Of a DNA stretch of 64,000 nucleotides, positions 25,953-39,436 are shown in pieces. The DNA is from Octopus vulgaris (taxonomy: Eukaryota), in NCBI GenBank assembly GCA_951406725.2, contig OX597834.1, positions 19,902,001 through 19,966,000 of the forward strand, in the 5' to 3' direction. Position numbers and translations under genes: made by a program. The notes beneath the pieces were generated by a model. That model had not been told where the DNA came from. It saw only the letters and a list, made by a program, of their open reading frames with translations, and did no database searches. Each line of letters begins with the position of its first letter. Position 1 is the first letter of the stretch.

Positions 25953-26380
25953 GTGATAGTATGTTGTCAACTTATATGACAGTCCCATGAAAGGGAAGAA
26001 TGATACTGTTATTTAGCCCTAGGAAACACCGTTTCCTGTTGGACTTGACACATTTACCGTATACTTATGTTACAATGTATTATTTCTATTTTCAAAAAAA
26101 TCGATGAATGTATTTCACTTGAGATATATATGCTTTCAGAGGTGGATAGGTATTGGCAGCTAGCAAGCCATGCTACTCCAGACAGATGATGAGCAATGAC
26201 TCTGAAAATAATCTCTGGGTGCTGGCTTTACTGGGTGGAGGTGCTTGTCTCCACTTTGAAAACATAAAGACACAGGAAATGTGTCAAGTCCAATTGGAAA
26301 CGGTGTGTCCTAGGGCTAAATAACGGTAGCATTCTTCCCTTTCATGGGACAATCACATTAAGTTGGCAACATACTATCAC
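25953..26380. repeat. ~103 bp inverted repeat around a ~220 bp spacer
   Basis: 25953-26055 is the imperfect reverse complement of 26277-26380. A duplicate lies at ~36901-37325 and a related fragment at ~53560-53600. Confidence 0.85.
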
Positions 26381-26399
26381 ATATATATATGCCCAATTT

Positions 26400-26730
26400 G
26401 TGATAGACCATGCCTTTGTTTTTGCAGGGCTCAAATCTCATTTGCACACCCATGGAAAACGAACCTCCACCAACTATTCTGCCTATATGTTTGTGCACAC
26501 CTTTCAGTGCAATGCATGCCAGAAGGTTTGCAAATCTAACGGAGAACTCAAAAGACATTTTAAGATCTACAAAAATGAGAACTTATCTGCAACTCTTGGC
26601 GGTCCATATCGAATATGCAATCTATGGGGGTGTCTTTTCAGAACATTGTCTGGTTTTAAAAGCCACATCAGATGCCATGATACAGGAGGTGGTCAAACTT
26701 TGCATAAGGAGTAGACAACCACCATATACA
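26400..26730 (+). pseudogene. Degenerate tandem C2H2 zinc-finger remnant, probably the 3' end of an RTE-related LINE
   Basis: It reads GLKSHLHTH, FQCNACQKVCKSNGELKRHFKIY (last His lost) and ICNLWGCLFRTLSGFKSHIRCH (second Cys lost). There are no TGEKP linkers, and the stop is followed almost at once by microsatellite. Confidence 0.6.
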
Positions 26731-27417
26731 CACACACACACCATATATATATATATATATAAATATATATGTACATATATACCTATATATATTATTCAAA
26801 GGAATTCCAACTCTATTTTTTGTTTTATTTATATTCTTTATGATATTAATGTAGAATATAGAATATATAGTATAAATAGTATACACAGTAAAATGAAATG
26901 AAGTATTTATTGTCTTATTGAATAGATGAAATATTGGATATCAAATATTAAGGGACTAGTATACTTTCTTGCATTAAAGTAGTCTTCAAGGTCCCAGGTT
27001 GTGACAGGAGTGCTTCAACGACACACACACACACACATATATCAACTTACTGAAACATATAAATACAATTATATAGATAATAAAGCAGACAGCTATACAA
27101 GAATCTCCTCTTGCCATTCCTATACATCACCTATCTTTTCGACACAAACCACAATACATTCCATTCATCTCCTGTTCCAGACATACCAATTATTAATATC
27201 GCTTCACTCCATTAATATTTTTTATATTGAGCCAGCTGACCTCGCCAACCCAAACCTTGTCTGCTGGCCCCCTTTTTTTTCCCCCTTTATATGCCAATTT
27301 TTTCTGACTCCCTATTCCCACCTCATGATTATTGTTAACTTGGTGTGTGTGCTTTATCTGTTTCTGACCATCTTCTCTGCATTTTTTGTCTTCTCTTGTC
27401 TTTGTCTCTATTTATTC

Positions 27418-27442
27418 ATACATACATACATATATATACATG

Positions 27443-27537
<95 letters not shown>

Positions 27538-27816
27538 ATATATATATATGTATGTATGTATGTATGTATATATATATGTATGTATATATATATATGTATG
27601 TATGTATGTATATATATATATGTATGTATATATATATATATGTATGTATGTATGTATATATATATGTATGTATATATATATATATGTATGTATGTATGTA
27701 TATATATATGTATGTATATATATATATATGTATGTATGTATGTATATATATATATATATGTATGTATGTATGTATATATATATATATATATGTATGTATA
27801 TATATATGTATGTATG

Positions 27817-27861
<45 letters not shown>

Positions 27862-27872
27862 GTATATATATG

Positions 27873-27904
<32 letters not shown>

Positions 27905-27974
27905 TATATATGTATGTATATATATATATGTATGTATATATATATATATATGTATGTATATATATATATGTATG

Positions 27975-28005
<31 letters not shown>

Positions 28006-28020
28006 ATATATATATATATA
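27418..28020. repeat. ~600 bp compound (TA)n/(TATG)n microsatellite
   Basis: Direct reading. The duplicate is at ~38638-39244. Confidence 0.97.
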
Positions 28021-28088
28021 GGTGTGTGTAACGGTTAGCATGGTTGCCTTCCATGCAGTTGATCCGGGTTCGACTCCCGGCCGACGCA
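28021..28088 (+). pseudogene. 5'-truncated tRNA-Gly(TCC) copy heading a short SINE-like chimera
   Basis: The D-arm remnant, anticodon arm gttgc-CT TCC AT-gcagt (TCC at 28050-28052), T arm ccggg-ttcgact-cccgg and 3' acceptor ccgacgca are present. Most of the 5' acceptor strand (expected gcgtcgg) is replaced by microsatellite. Confidence 0.85.
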
Positions 28089-28165
28089 GGTGATAGCTTT
28101 TTTGGACAGCGGTGGTGCCCCAGCATGGCCGTGGTTTCGGGCTAAAACATTTTTAAGGATTTTAA

Positions 28166-28234
<69 letters not shown>

Positions 28235-30165
28235 CACACACACACACACACATATATATATAAGCAACTGATAGAATGAGGACTAGGCTTACAAAGAATG
28301 GAGTTGATTTGCTTGACGAAAGGTAGTGCTCCAGCATGGCCACAGTGAAATGACTGAAACAAATAAAAGGTAAAAGAATATATATATATATATATATGTA
28401 TATATGTAAATAGATAGATATGCATGTATAATCTTACTTGCACTTTCTCTCCTTCTTATTACCCCCTAATTCTACAACCCTAATCCTTATTTCCCTAACC
28501 AGTCTATGTCCCCTTTCTCAATTTCACTTGGGACACTTTACCCTCCTACTTGTATTAACCACTCCCCTCTTATTTTCCTCAACCCATGAAGAGAACCTGC
28601 TTCTACAAGGTCAAATAGAATTGCGAGAAATAGCAGCAAAACCCTTCTCAAATCCTATCTTGTTTCTCTTTAAAAAGAGCAGTACACAGGATGTCATAAC
28701 CGAGGTTCTATTAGGCCTGGGAAATTAAAAGTTTCTGATGATTGTACCTAAAATAGTCTCATCAAAGGTTTTCTCAATCAAGCCTTACCTAGGGTTAAAC
28801 AACAACAGCAACAAACTCTGCCTCTTTTCTTTGCTGATCTAGAATCCTCCTGATTCGTATCTTTCATATAATCTCCTCCCACTTCTGTTTCCCAATCTCC
28901 TCCCACCATCTTAATTTCTATCCCCACCCTGGGTCCAAATCTTTCCTCTCCTTGTCAAAACAACTACTTGTCACTTTGCCCCCTCTTTCATTCATGTCAG
29001 TTTCTTTCACACCCTCCCTGGTATTTCTGTTTAACCTCTCTCTTCCCTTTCCTCCTATTGCTTTGTGTGTGTGTGTGTGTGCATGAGTATGTATGTGAAA
29101 GTGTGTGTGTGTTGTTTGCATGTGTGTGTGTGTTGTTTGCATGTGTGTGTGTTGTGTGCATGTGTGTGTGTTGTGTGCATGTGTATCTTTGTGTGTGTGT
29201 GTGTTTGTGTGCATTTTGCATGTGTGTGTTTATATATGTGTGTGTGTGAGGTGTATGTGCATGTGCATGCATATGTGTAAGCATGTATATGTGTGTATTA
29301 TGCATGTATGTGTTGTACATGCTTATATACATATATGTGTGTGCATGTGTGTATATGGATACATGTGTGTGCATGCATATTTGTGTATGCAATTGTACCT
29401 GTGTGTGAGTGTCCATTTTGCTATGTGTGTGTTATGCATGTGTGGTGTGTCATGCATCTGTATTTACTGTGCACATCTCTGCATGTGTGCATGCATGCGT
29501 ATGCACTTATGTGCATGAATGTGTTTACATGTAAATTGTGCATGCATGTATGTGTGCATGTGTATGCACATACATGTGCATATGTGCATGTGTTCTTATG
29601 TAGATGAATGTGTGTGTGTTGTGTATATGTGCGTGAGTGTATGAATGTGTGTGTATCAGTGTGCATGTTGTGTACACATGTTTATTGATGAGTGTGTGTG
29701 TTGTCCATGAGTGAATATGTGTGTGTGCGTGTGTGTGTTGTGTATGAATGTGCGTGCTATCTATGAGTGTGCCTGTTGTACATATATATGTATGTGTTTA
29801 TGCGCATATGTGTTACTATGTATGTGTGCATGTATGTATGTGTGTGTACATGTATGTGAGAATGCATGTTTGTATTAAACACATGCACACATGATGTGTT
29901 TGTGTGCTTACATGTCTGTGCACACATAGGTGTATGTGTGTCTGTGTGTGTATGTGTGCATGTGTGCATATGTGTGCATGTGTGTGTTCGTCCCCCTCAT
30001 GACCCGTGTCCTTTTACCTTCTTTCACCAGATTCGCCCTTCTTCCTTTCATCTGCTTCCTCCCACTCCTTCCCATCGTCTTACTCCTACCACAAAGTATT
30101 TGTTTATAACCCACCCACCCACCAACCAACCTATTACTCCCATGTAACCTATCTTCCTACTCATT

Positions 30166-30209
<44 letters not shown>

Positions 30210-30994
30210 TCCTTTTATCTCTCCTTCACTTCCCCTTCTCCTCACCTTCCCTTTCTCCTCACCTTCCCCTAAATTTCCATTTGATTCCTAAAATATAGAT
30301 TTCTAACAAAGATCCAGGAAGCAGGGTAGAATCGTTATTATTAATTAAACCATCCTGTGTACTTGATTGGCATATATATTATCGATCGACCGTAGGAATT
30401 TGAAAGGCAGGGCCTATCCTGGTGGGATCTGAACTTAAATGATAAAACAAAGTCAACTTTAAAGTGCAAGATATATTGTCTGCCTCACAACTGTTTCTAA
30501 TCTCCATTTCTCTATTAAAACACATTTAAATATATATATATATAAAACATGCCAGCATGTATACATGTGTGTGTGTGTTTGTATCTGTGTGTATGTATGT
30601 ATGTATGTATGTATGGATGGATGGATGGATCTGTGTATATGTGTGCGTATCTAAGCCGATGATCGGAAAATTTTGTAGATTTCCAATTCCATGTTACAAG
30701 TTTTTCATATCAAGATAGAAGTTACAAAAGTAATAAACATTGAAAAATGTGTAGAATCTCCTATTCATAATTTTTCAGACAACACACGCACACATATATA
30801 TATACATACATACATACATACATACATACATACACACATATATATATACATACATACATACATACATAGACATGCATATATATATATATATATATATACA
30901 TACATGAATACATATATACATATATATATGTGTGTATGTATTATATAAATTATATTCTATTATATATAAATGTTATATTATATATGCATGCGTG

Positions 30995-31040
<46 letters not shown>

Positions 31041-31431
31041 ATTTTGTGTATCTTGAGATTATTCATTGATATAAGGTAATTGTAAGTTAGTTCAATGAAG
31101 ATAACAAGGATGTTGACTCACACACACACACACACACAGAAATAAAGGCATGTATATATATTTATACATATATATAGTTATATGTATATATACATATATA
31201 TTTATATATGCGGGTGTGTATTTGCACGTGTGTCTGTGTGTGCGTGTGTATGCATGTGTGTACGTTTCAAGGAAATGACAATCTATTCAAGATTCACCCT
31301 CGGCTAATCATGACTGCAACTGAAATGGCAGGAGCCCCAAAGTATTTATCAGATTAGTTGCCGATTAGATGTGTGTCTACATCAGATCATGTTTATAATA
31401 ACATCATCTATATTTATACATATTTTGCAAC

Positions 31432-31471
<40 letters not shown>

Positions 31472-31988
31472 ACACAGACACGCACAAACACACATATCAA
31501 AACAAGAGATTGGAAAGGTTTTTCGTATTATTTCTTCACCATTACATGTGTTTCATTTACTAATAGGAGTTACAAGACCAAACATGTAGGAGAAAGCAAT
31601 TAAGATATCTCCTATTTGAAATTCTCTTAACAAGGAATCAAATGATATTTCATTATCTGTAATATTTCTGTATCTTAAGAAAATTACTAATTTCTCTGGG
31701 ATAATATTCATGTAGTTATATGCTCAAAATGAGGAGTAGATAGACAATCAACAACTGATGAAGGGTCGTTTTTTATGTTACTTGTCCTGTTTTCTATTTG
31801 TTTCTCTCGTTATTTGCATATTGAACTCATTTGTTTTCATATTTCCTGTTGTTTACTGTTGGTGATGTCCTGTACCCATATATGCATATACACACACACA
31901 CACACACATATATGCATATATATATTATTATTTGATTGAATGCCATGCATCCATTTCCAAGTAAGTTTATATATATATATATAGATAG

Positions 31989-32191
31989 ATGCAGCACGGA
32001 TTTTTGTCAGTGAACAGGTCGCGGTCTTATAGCGACAAAAATATTTTGACAAATTAAACTTAAATGTTGAAGTGAGTCGAACGGCATTTGTGTGTTTCTT
32101 AAATGGCTTACAAACACCTTCCACGCTGCAATTGTTTTCATTCCAGCACACGATCTCAGATCAAATCACTTGCTATGCAAGTACATCTCCG

Positions 32192-32195
<4 letters not shown>
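31989..32195 (+). mobile_element. Copy of the 2535-2740 hammerhead-variant element
   Basis: Reverse complement of 2535-2740 and flanked by TA tracts. Confidence 0.8.
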
Positions 32196-32226
<31 letters not shown>

Positions 32227-32331
32227 TAAATAAATATATATATATATATATAAAAATATATATATATATCTTCATATACATATATATATAAATAAATAAA
32301 TATATATATATATAAATAAATATATATCTTC

Positions 32332-32368
<37 letters not shown>

Positions 32369-32792
32369 TATATATACATCTTCATATACATATATATAGA
32401 TAGATAAATATATATATATATATAAATAAATAAATATATATATATATAATATATATATATATATATCTTCATATACATATATATATATATGTGTGTATAT
32501 ATATGCATGTGTGTGTGTATATTCATATGTTTATGAATTTGTGTTGAAACATATTGTGATATTTCAGGATGATCTTTTTCTTTATTTGCCAAATACACAC
32601 ACCCACTATATATTCGTTCTTCACTCGTTTATTACCATGGGCGACGTTGCCTTTCATCCTTTCGGGGTCGATAAATTAAGTACAAGTTGTGCACTGGAAT
32701 CAATCTAATCAACTGGCCCCTGCTCCCCCAAAAGTTTGCACCTTGTGCCTAGAATAGAAAAGAATATTGTATATTTGTAAGTTTGCCTCTGT

Positions 32793-32831
<39 letters not shown>

Positions 32832-32874
32832 TGTCCAAGTGAGGATACATTCGAGTTAAAGTCTAATTCATACA

Positions 32875-33298
32875 TCTTTTACTTGTTTCAGTCATTAGAC
32901 AGTTACCATGCTGGAGCACCCCTTTGAAGAATTTTCTTTCTTTGTTCATCCAATCTATCAACCCCTGTACTTATTTTTTTCTTTCAAGACCAGTACTTAT
33001 TCTATCAATCTCTTTTGCTGAACTGCTTAGTTACAGGGGCATAAACACACCAACACCAGTTGTCAAGCAGTGGAGGGGTGACAAACACGGACACATAGAC
33101 ATACACACAGATATATACATACATACATACACATATATATGACAGGCTTCTTTCAGTTTCCACCTACCAAGTCCACTCACTGGGCTTTGGTTAGCTTGAG
33201 GCTATAGCAGAAGACAGTTGCTCATATTGCCAAACAGTGGGACTGAACCCAGAACCATGTGGTTGGGAAGCAAGCTTCTTGCCACACTGCCATGCCTC
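32875..33298 (-). mobile_element. tRNA-derived CORE-type SINE
   Basis: Full head and tail are present. The duplicate is at ~44018-44445. Confidence 0.85.
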
Positions 33299-34174
33299 CT
33301 CCAGCATGTCTCTAAATCCTTTCATCTTATCTGCGCATGTGTATTTAAATACAGTTCCATCCATATACATCAACGTGCATACATGCGCACACATGCACAT
33401 ATATTTAGCTATCTGAATGTATCATCAAGAATATGCGAATGGGCTTACACGCATGCATGCACACGTGGATACACAAACACACCAAAATATGCATACTCAT
33501 GTATATACACTCACTCGTATGATAGGGAGAAACAGGGAGTTGATATGACATCAAAAGAATCTTGCAGGTAATAAAGCGTCAACCGAAAAGAGAAGAGGCA
33601 GGCATATGCTTGTGTGTATGTATATATATTATATATGTATGTACATGCATAAGTATGTGTGTGTATATGTGTTTGTATGTGTGTGTTTGTGTGTGTGTGT
33701 GTAAACACAAACACACACACATACTCACACTATATATGCAAGCATATATCTCTTCTCTTTTCTGTTATTGTTTCATAAAACAATGCTCTCTCTATATATA
33801 TGTGTGTGTGGATGAATACATACACATAGGCATACATATAAATTGTAGATATATATGTGTGTGTGTGTGTATATATATATGTACCCACTCACAAATACAC
33901 ACACACACACACACACACACATATATCTTATATACACATGTTAACCATGCACGTATATGTGTATGTGGTTGATGATATAACTGGTGAGTGTATTAGACAA
34001 AATACCTTATGGTATTTGCTACGACTTTTTGCATATTGTATGGAAATCCCGCCGAGGCTGATATTGTTTCCCTTTGTACAGGATGAAGACTACACATACC
34101 AGTGAAGTAGTAAATTTCACAGCATCAACTCTAGCCACGACTGTCCAATAACTACAATTAGTTAATGAATATGC

Positions 34175-34222
<48 letters not shown>

Positions 34223-34729
34223 TGTGCGCATTTATAGAGATGTGTGAATATATTCTTAACATGTTGTTGTACATTAGAACAGGAAATGCACTCACAGCAA
34301 GAATTTGTTTCAGAGAAAAAATTCTCTCAATAGATTTTATATTGAAAAAGAATACATCAACCCAAGCTGCAAGCAACCACAGCAGACCACAAGACCCAAT
34401 GTTTTGGTATGATTTTAACCCTTCAGTAGCAAATAAAATTTTAGTTATCTGGTAGTAAATATATTTAAAATATATCTATATCTATATATATATATATATA
34501 TATTGAAACGAGGAGTAGATAAAACAGGGAACAACAGATGAAGGAAATGTTCTTTATATTGCCTATCTCATTTCTCATTTTGTTCACGTGTTTTTGGTGT
34601 CCTGTACCCATATATGCATGTATATATATATATATAGGTATGTACATATATGTATATATATAGGCATATATATACTATTTATATTATATTATATTATATC
34701 ATATATACATATATATATATATACATACA

Positions 34730-34985
34730 TGTTACTTATGTTATTTACATTATTTACATTTGATAGATATTTGTCCTCATCTTGTTTGTTGTTAACACAA
34801 CATTTCAGCTGATATACCCCCCAGCCTTCATCAGGTGTCTTGGGGAAATTACAAACCTGGGTTTTCATTCCTAATGTATTTTTCAGTGTTTATTATTATT
34901 ATTATTCAGGTTATTGCCTAGAATCGAACTCAGAATCTTGGGGTTAGTAGCCCGTGCTCTTAACCACTATACCATATGCCCAGGC
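34730..34985 (-). mobile_element. tRNA-headed element with an (AAT)n linker and a hammerhead-bearing Penelope-like tail
   Basis: The minus strand reads A box tggtatagtgg, B box gttcgattc, (aat)n, then gacac CUGAUGA A ggctg...cagct GAAA UGUU gtgtt. The duplicate is at ~45875-46142. Confidence 0.7.
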
Positions 34986-35219
34986 ATACTAACCCCAAGA
35001 TTCCGAGTTCCAGACATTGAGTACTGGTTTCATTACTGGTTTCAGTTATTGAGACTTTTTCAACTGTAAGAATGGAAAAGAATTAAATTTTGGAAAAATT
35101 AAATGAAAAGTTTTTGAAAAGAATATTTGCATAGTATTCAAATCCTTGTTTCTACCTGTCTCTGTCTCTCTTGTTTACTCTTGTGGGTTTGAGAGATACA
35201 GACAGACAGATAGATAGAT

Positions 35220-35382
35220 AGGTGCAGGAGTGGCTGTGTGGTAAGTAGCTTGCTAACCAACCACATGGTTCCGGGTTCAGTCCCACTGCGTGGCATCTTG
35301 GGCAAGTGTCTTCTGCTATAGCCCCGGGCCGACCAATGCCTTGTGAGTGGATTTGGTAGGCGGAAACTGAAAGAAGTCCGTC

Positions 35383-35419
<37 letters not shown>

Positions 35420-35649
35420 TGTGTGTATTTGTGTGTCTGTGTTTGTCCCCCTAGCATTGCTTGACAACCGATGCTGGTGTGTTTACATCCCCATCACTTA
35501 GTGGTTCAACAAAAAGAGACTGATAGAATAAGTACTGGGTTTACAAAGAATAAGTCCCGGGGTCGATTTGCTCGACTAAAGGTGGTGCTCCAGCATGGCC
35601 ACAGTCAAATGACTGAAACAAGTAAAAGAGAGAAAAGAGAGAAAAGAGA
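35220..35649 (+). mobile_element. Full-length young tRNA-derived CORE-type SINE
   Basis: The head, CORE, internal TA tract and (gaaaagaga)n tail are complete. The duplicate is at 46383-46800. Confidence 0.9.
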
Positions 35650-36527
35650 TATGTGCATATGTGTGTGTGTATAGAACTAGGGTTTACTTATCAGCACATG
35701 TGTGCATACATTGCAATGCAGGTGAAAAGAAAATTGCATATGCAGGCATCTATATGCACATTTACACACAAACATCCACACTCAACTACAAGGGTACATG
35801 TGTGTGTATGTTGTGTGTGTGTAAATAGGAGGAAAGATGCATCTATGTATATATATATAAGTATGTACATACGTCCCCGTCACTTTGCGGTTCGGCAAAA
35901 GAGACCGATAGAATAAGTACTGGGCTGACAAAGAATAAGTCCCAGGGTCGATTTGCTTGACTAAAGGCGGTGCTCCAGCATGGCCGCAGTCAAATGACTG
36001 AAACAAGTAAAAGAGTAAAAAGAGTATGTATGTATGTATGTCTTGATGTGTGTTTTTGTGTGTCTGTGTCAATAAGTGTGTATATTGTGTATGCAAGTGT
36101 TTGTTGATTGTGTGTATGCATGAACGTGTGTGAATATATATTGGTGTGTGTATTTGTGCATATGAATTTATTTGTGCTTTGTAATTTGTGTGTGTGTGTG
36201 TGTGTGTATCAGTATGGACTGATAGATTTATGACTGGGACCTTAAACAAATGTGGTTGTGTGTGTGTGTCTGTGTGCATGTTCGTTGCAGAGATGCACAG
36301 ACGATAGAGAGAGAGAGAGACAGAGGGTCAGACAGGCGCAGAGACAGAGAGTTAAAAGAAAGGAATTAAAGAAAATGAGAGGAAGTGAGGGAGAAAAAAG
36401 AGAGAGGGAGAAAAGAGAAGGAAGGAGAAATGAGAGAGAGAGAGAGATAAAAAAAAGAAATAGGGGAAGAGAAGGAAGGAGAAAAGAGAGAGAGAAAAGA
36501 GAGAAAGGGGAAAGAGAAGGAGGGAGA

Positions 36528-36627
36528 NNNNNNNNNNNNNNNNNNNNNNNNNNNNNNNNNNNNNNNNNNNNNNNNNNNNNNNNNNNNNNNNNNNNNNNNN
36601 NNNNNNNNNNNNNNNNNNNNNNNNNNN
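36528..36627. other. Assembly gap (100 N)
   Basis: Exactly 100 N, a typical scaffold-join placeholder. Confidence 0.99.
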
Positions 36628-37343
36628 CTGATGTCAGTATATGGAATTCTCAAATGATGTTGGACGATTATAGTCGCTGTCAGTGTGCAAATATGTGCTT
36701 TGACTACAGCATTAGAGCATTTCAGCTCTTATTTCTAGCAATGTAGGTGTGTCTAACACCCTTGGCATATTTAGTGACAATAATAGTTTTCCTTTTTGGT
36801 AAAACATTGTAAACTGTCAGCCATATAAATTTAATATATATATATGAATAATACATTTCTAAATCTCTGAGAGAGATTTATGCAGTAGCAGCATGATAAA
36901 GTGATAGTATGTTGTCAACTTATATGACAGTCCCATGAAAGGGAAGAATGATACAGTTATTTAGCCCTAGGAAACACCGTTTCCTGTTGGACTTGACACA
37001 TTTACCGTATACTTATGTTACAATGTATTATTTCTATTTTCAAAAAAATCGATGAATGTATTTCACTTGAGATATATATGCTTTCAGAGGTGGATAGGTA
37101 TTGGCAGCTAGCAAGCCATGCTACTCCAGACAGATGATGAGCAATGACTCTGAAAATAATCTCTGGGTGCTGGCTTTACTGGGTGGAGGTGCTTGTCTCC
37201 ACTTTGAAAACATAAAGACACAGGAAATGTGTCAAGTCCAATAGGAAACGGTGTGTCCTAGGGCTAAATAACGGTCATTCTTCCCTTTCATGGGACAATC
37301 ACATTAAGTTGACAACATACTATCTCATATATATGCACAATTT

Positions 37344-37670
37344 GTGATAGACCATGCCTTTGTTTTTGCAGGGCTCAAATCTCATTTGCACACCCATGGA
37401 AAACGAACCTCCACCAACTATTCTGCCTATATGTTTGTGCACACCTTTCAGTGCAATGCATGCCAGAAGGTTTGCAAATCTAACGGAGAACTCAAAAGAC
37501 ATTTTAAGATCTACAAAAATGAGAACTTATCTGCAACTCTTGGCGGTCCATATCGAATATGCAATCTATGGGGGTGTCTTTTCAGAACATTGTCTGGTTT
37601 TAAAAGCCACATCAGATGCCATACAGGAGGTGGTCAAACTTTGCATAAGGAGTAGACAACCACCATATTC
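37344..37670 (+). pseudogene. Duplicate of the C2H2 zinc-finger remnant
   Basis: The translation equals that of 26400-26714 except for one missing codon (CHTGGG vs CHDTGGG). Confidence 0.6.
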
Positions 37671-37981
37671 ACACACACCGATATATATAAATATATATGT
37701 ACATATATACCTATATATATTATTCAAAGGAATTCCAACTCTATTTTTTGTTTTATTTATATTCTTTATGATATTAATGTAGAATATAGAATATATAGTA
37801 TAAATAGTATACACAGTAAAATGAAATGAAGTATTTATTGTCTTATTGAATAGATGAAATATTGGATATCAAATATTAAGGGACTAGTATACTTTCTTGC
37901 ATTAAAGTAGTCTTCAAGGTCCCAGGTTGTGACAGGAGTGCTTCAACGACACACACACACACCTATATATATACATATATA

Positions 37982-38024
<43 letters not shown>

Positions 38025-38033
38025 GTATATATG

Positions 38034-38097
<64 letters not shown>

Positions 38098-38142
38098 TGT
38101 ATATACATATATATGTATGTATGTATATATATATATATATGT

Positions 38143-38185
<43 letters not shown>

Positions 38186-38213
38186 ATATATATATATATA
38201 TATAAATATAATG

Positions 38214-38257
<44 letters not shown>

Positions 38258-38660
38258 TATATCAACTTACTGAAACATATAAATACAATTATATAGATAA
38301 TAAAGCAGACAGCTATACAAGAATCTCCTCTTGCCATTCCTATACATCACCTATCTTTTCGACACAAACCACAATACATTCCATTCATCTCCTGTTCCAG
38401 ACATACCAATTATTAATATCGCTTCACTCCATTAATATTTTTTATATTGAGCCAGCTGACCTCGCCAACCCAAACCTTGTCTGCTGGCCCCCTTTTTTTT
38501 TCCCCCTTTATATGCCAATTTTTTCTGACTCCCTATTCCCACCTCATGATTATTGTTAACTTGGTGTGTGTGCTTTATCTGTTTCTGACCATCTTCTCTG
38601 CATTTTTTGTCTTCTCTTGTCTTTGTCTCTATTTATTCATACATACATACATATATATAC

Positions 38661-38765
<105 letters not shown>

Positions 38766-38829
38766 TATATGTATGTATGTATATGTATGTATATATATAT
38801 GTATGTATATATATATATGTATATGTATG

Positions 38830-38861
<32 letters not shown>

Positions 38862-39015
38862 TATGCATGTATATATGTATATATATATATGTATGTATAT
38901 ATATATATATGTATGTATGTATGTATATATATATGTATGTATATATATATATGTATGTATGTATGTATATATATATATATATGTATGTATGTATGTATAT
39001 ATATATATATATATG

Positions 39016-39148
<133 letters not shown>

Positions 39149-39173
39149 GTATTATATATATATATATATGTAT

Positions 39174-39218
<45 letters not shown>

Positions 39219-39244
39219 TATGTATGTATATATATATATATATA

Positions 39245-39312
39245 GGTGTGTGTAACGGTTAGCATGGTTGCCTTCCATGCAGTTGATCCGGGTTCGACTC
39301 CCGGCCGACGCA
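39245..39312 (+). pseudogene. Duplicate 5'-truncated tRNA-Gly(TCC)
   Basis: Identical to 28021-28088. Confidence 0.85.
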
Positions 39313-39391
39313 GGTGATAGCTTTTTTGGACAGCGGTGGTGCCCCAGCATGGCCGTGGTTTCGGGCTAAAACATTTTTAAGGATTTTAAGG

Positions 39392-39436
<45 letters not shown>

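Larger units (their letters stand above)
25681..36527. repeat. Copy 1 of a ~10.9 kb tandem duplication
   Basis: Colinear with 36628-47745 from ctgatgtcagtatatggaattc to agagaaggagggaga. Confidence 0.97.

Noticed and set aside
25968-26046. Possible twister or hammerhead ribozyme in the inverted-repeat arms (UUAAUG...GUCCC...AAGGG; CCCAUGA...GAAAC)
   Set aside because: The twister P4/AAGC elements are absent and the hammerhead core is too divergent, so the resemblance may be chance.
28021-28088. Functional tRNA-Gly gene
   Set aside because: Most of the 5' acceptor strand is missing, so a cloverleaf cannot close. It is kept as a pseudogene/chimera.
27001-28126. Long ORFs (up to 345 aa) rich in Y/I/C/M/V, also at 38447-39350
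   Set aside because: They are translations of (TA)n/(TATG)n tracts, which lack stop codons in most frames.
28438-28728. 96 aa ORF in moderately complex sequence
   Set aside because: It has no recognisable motif, and the duplicate copy has a 1 nt insertion (~39770) that shifts the frame.
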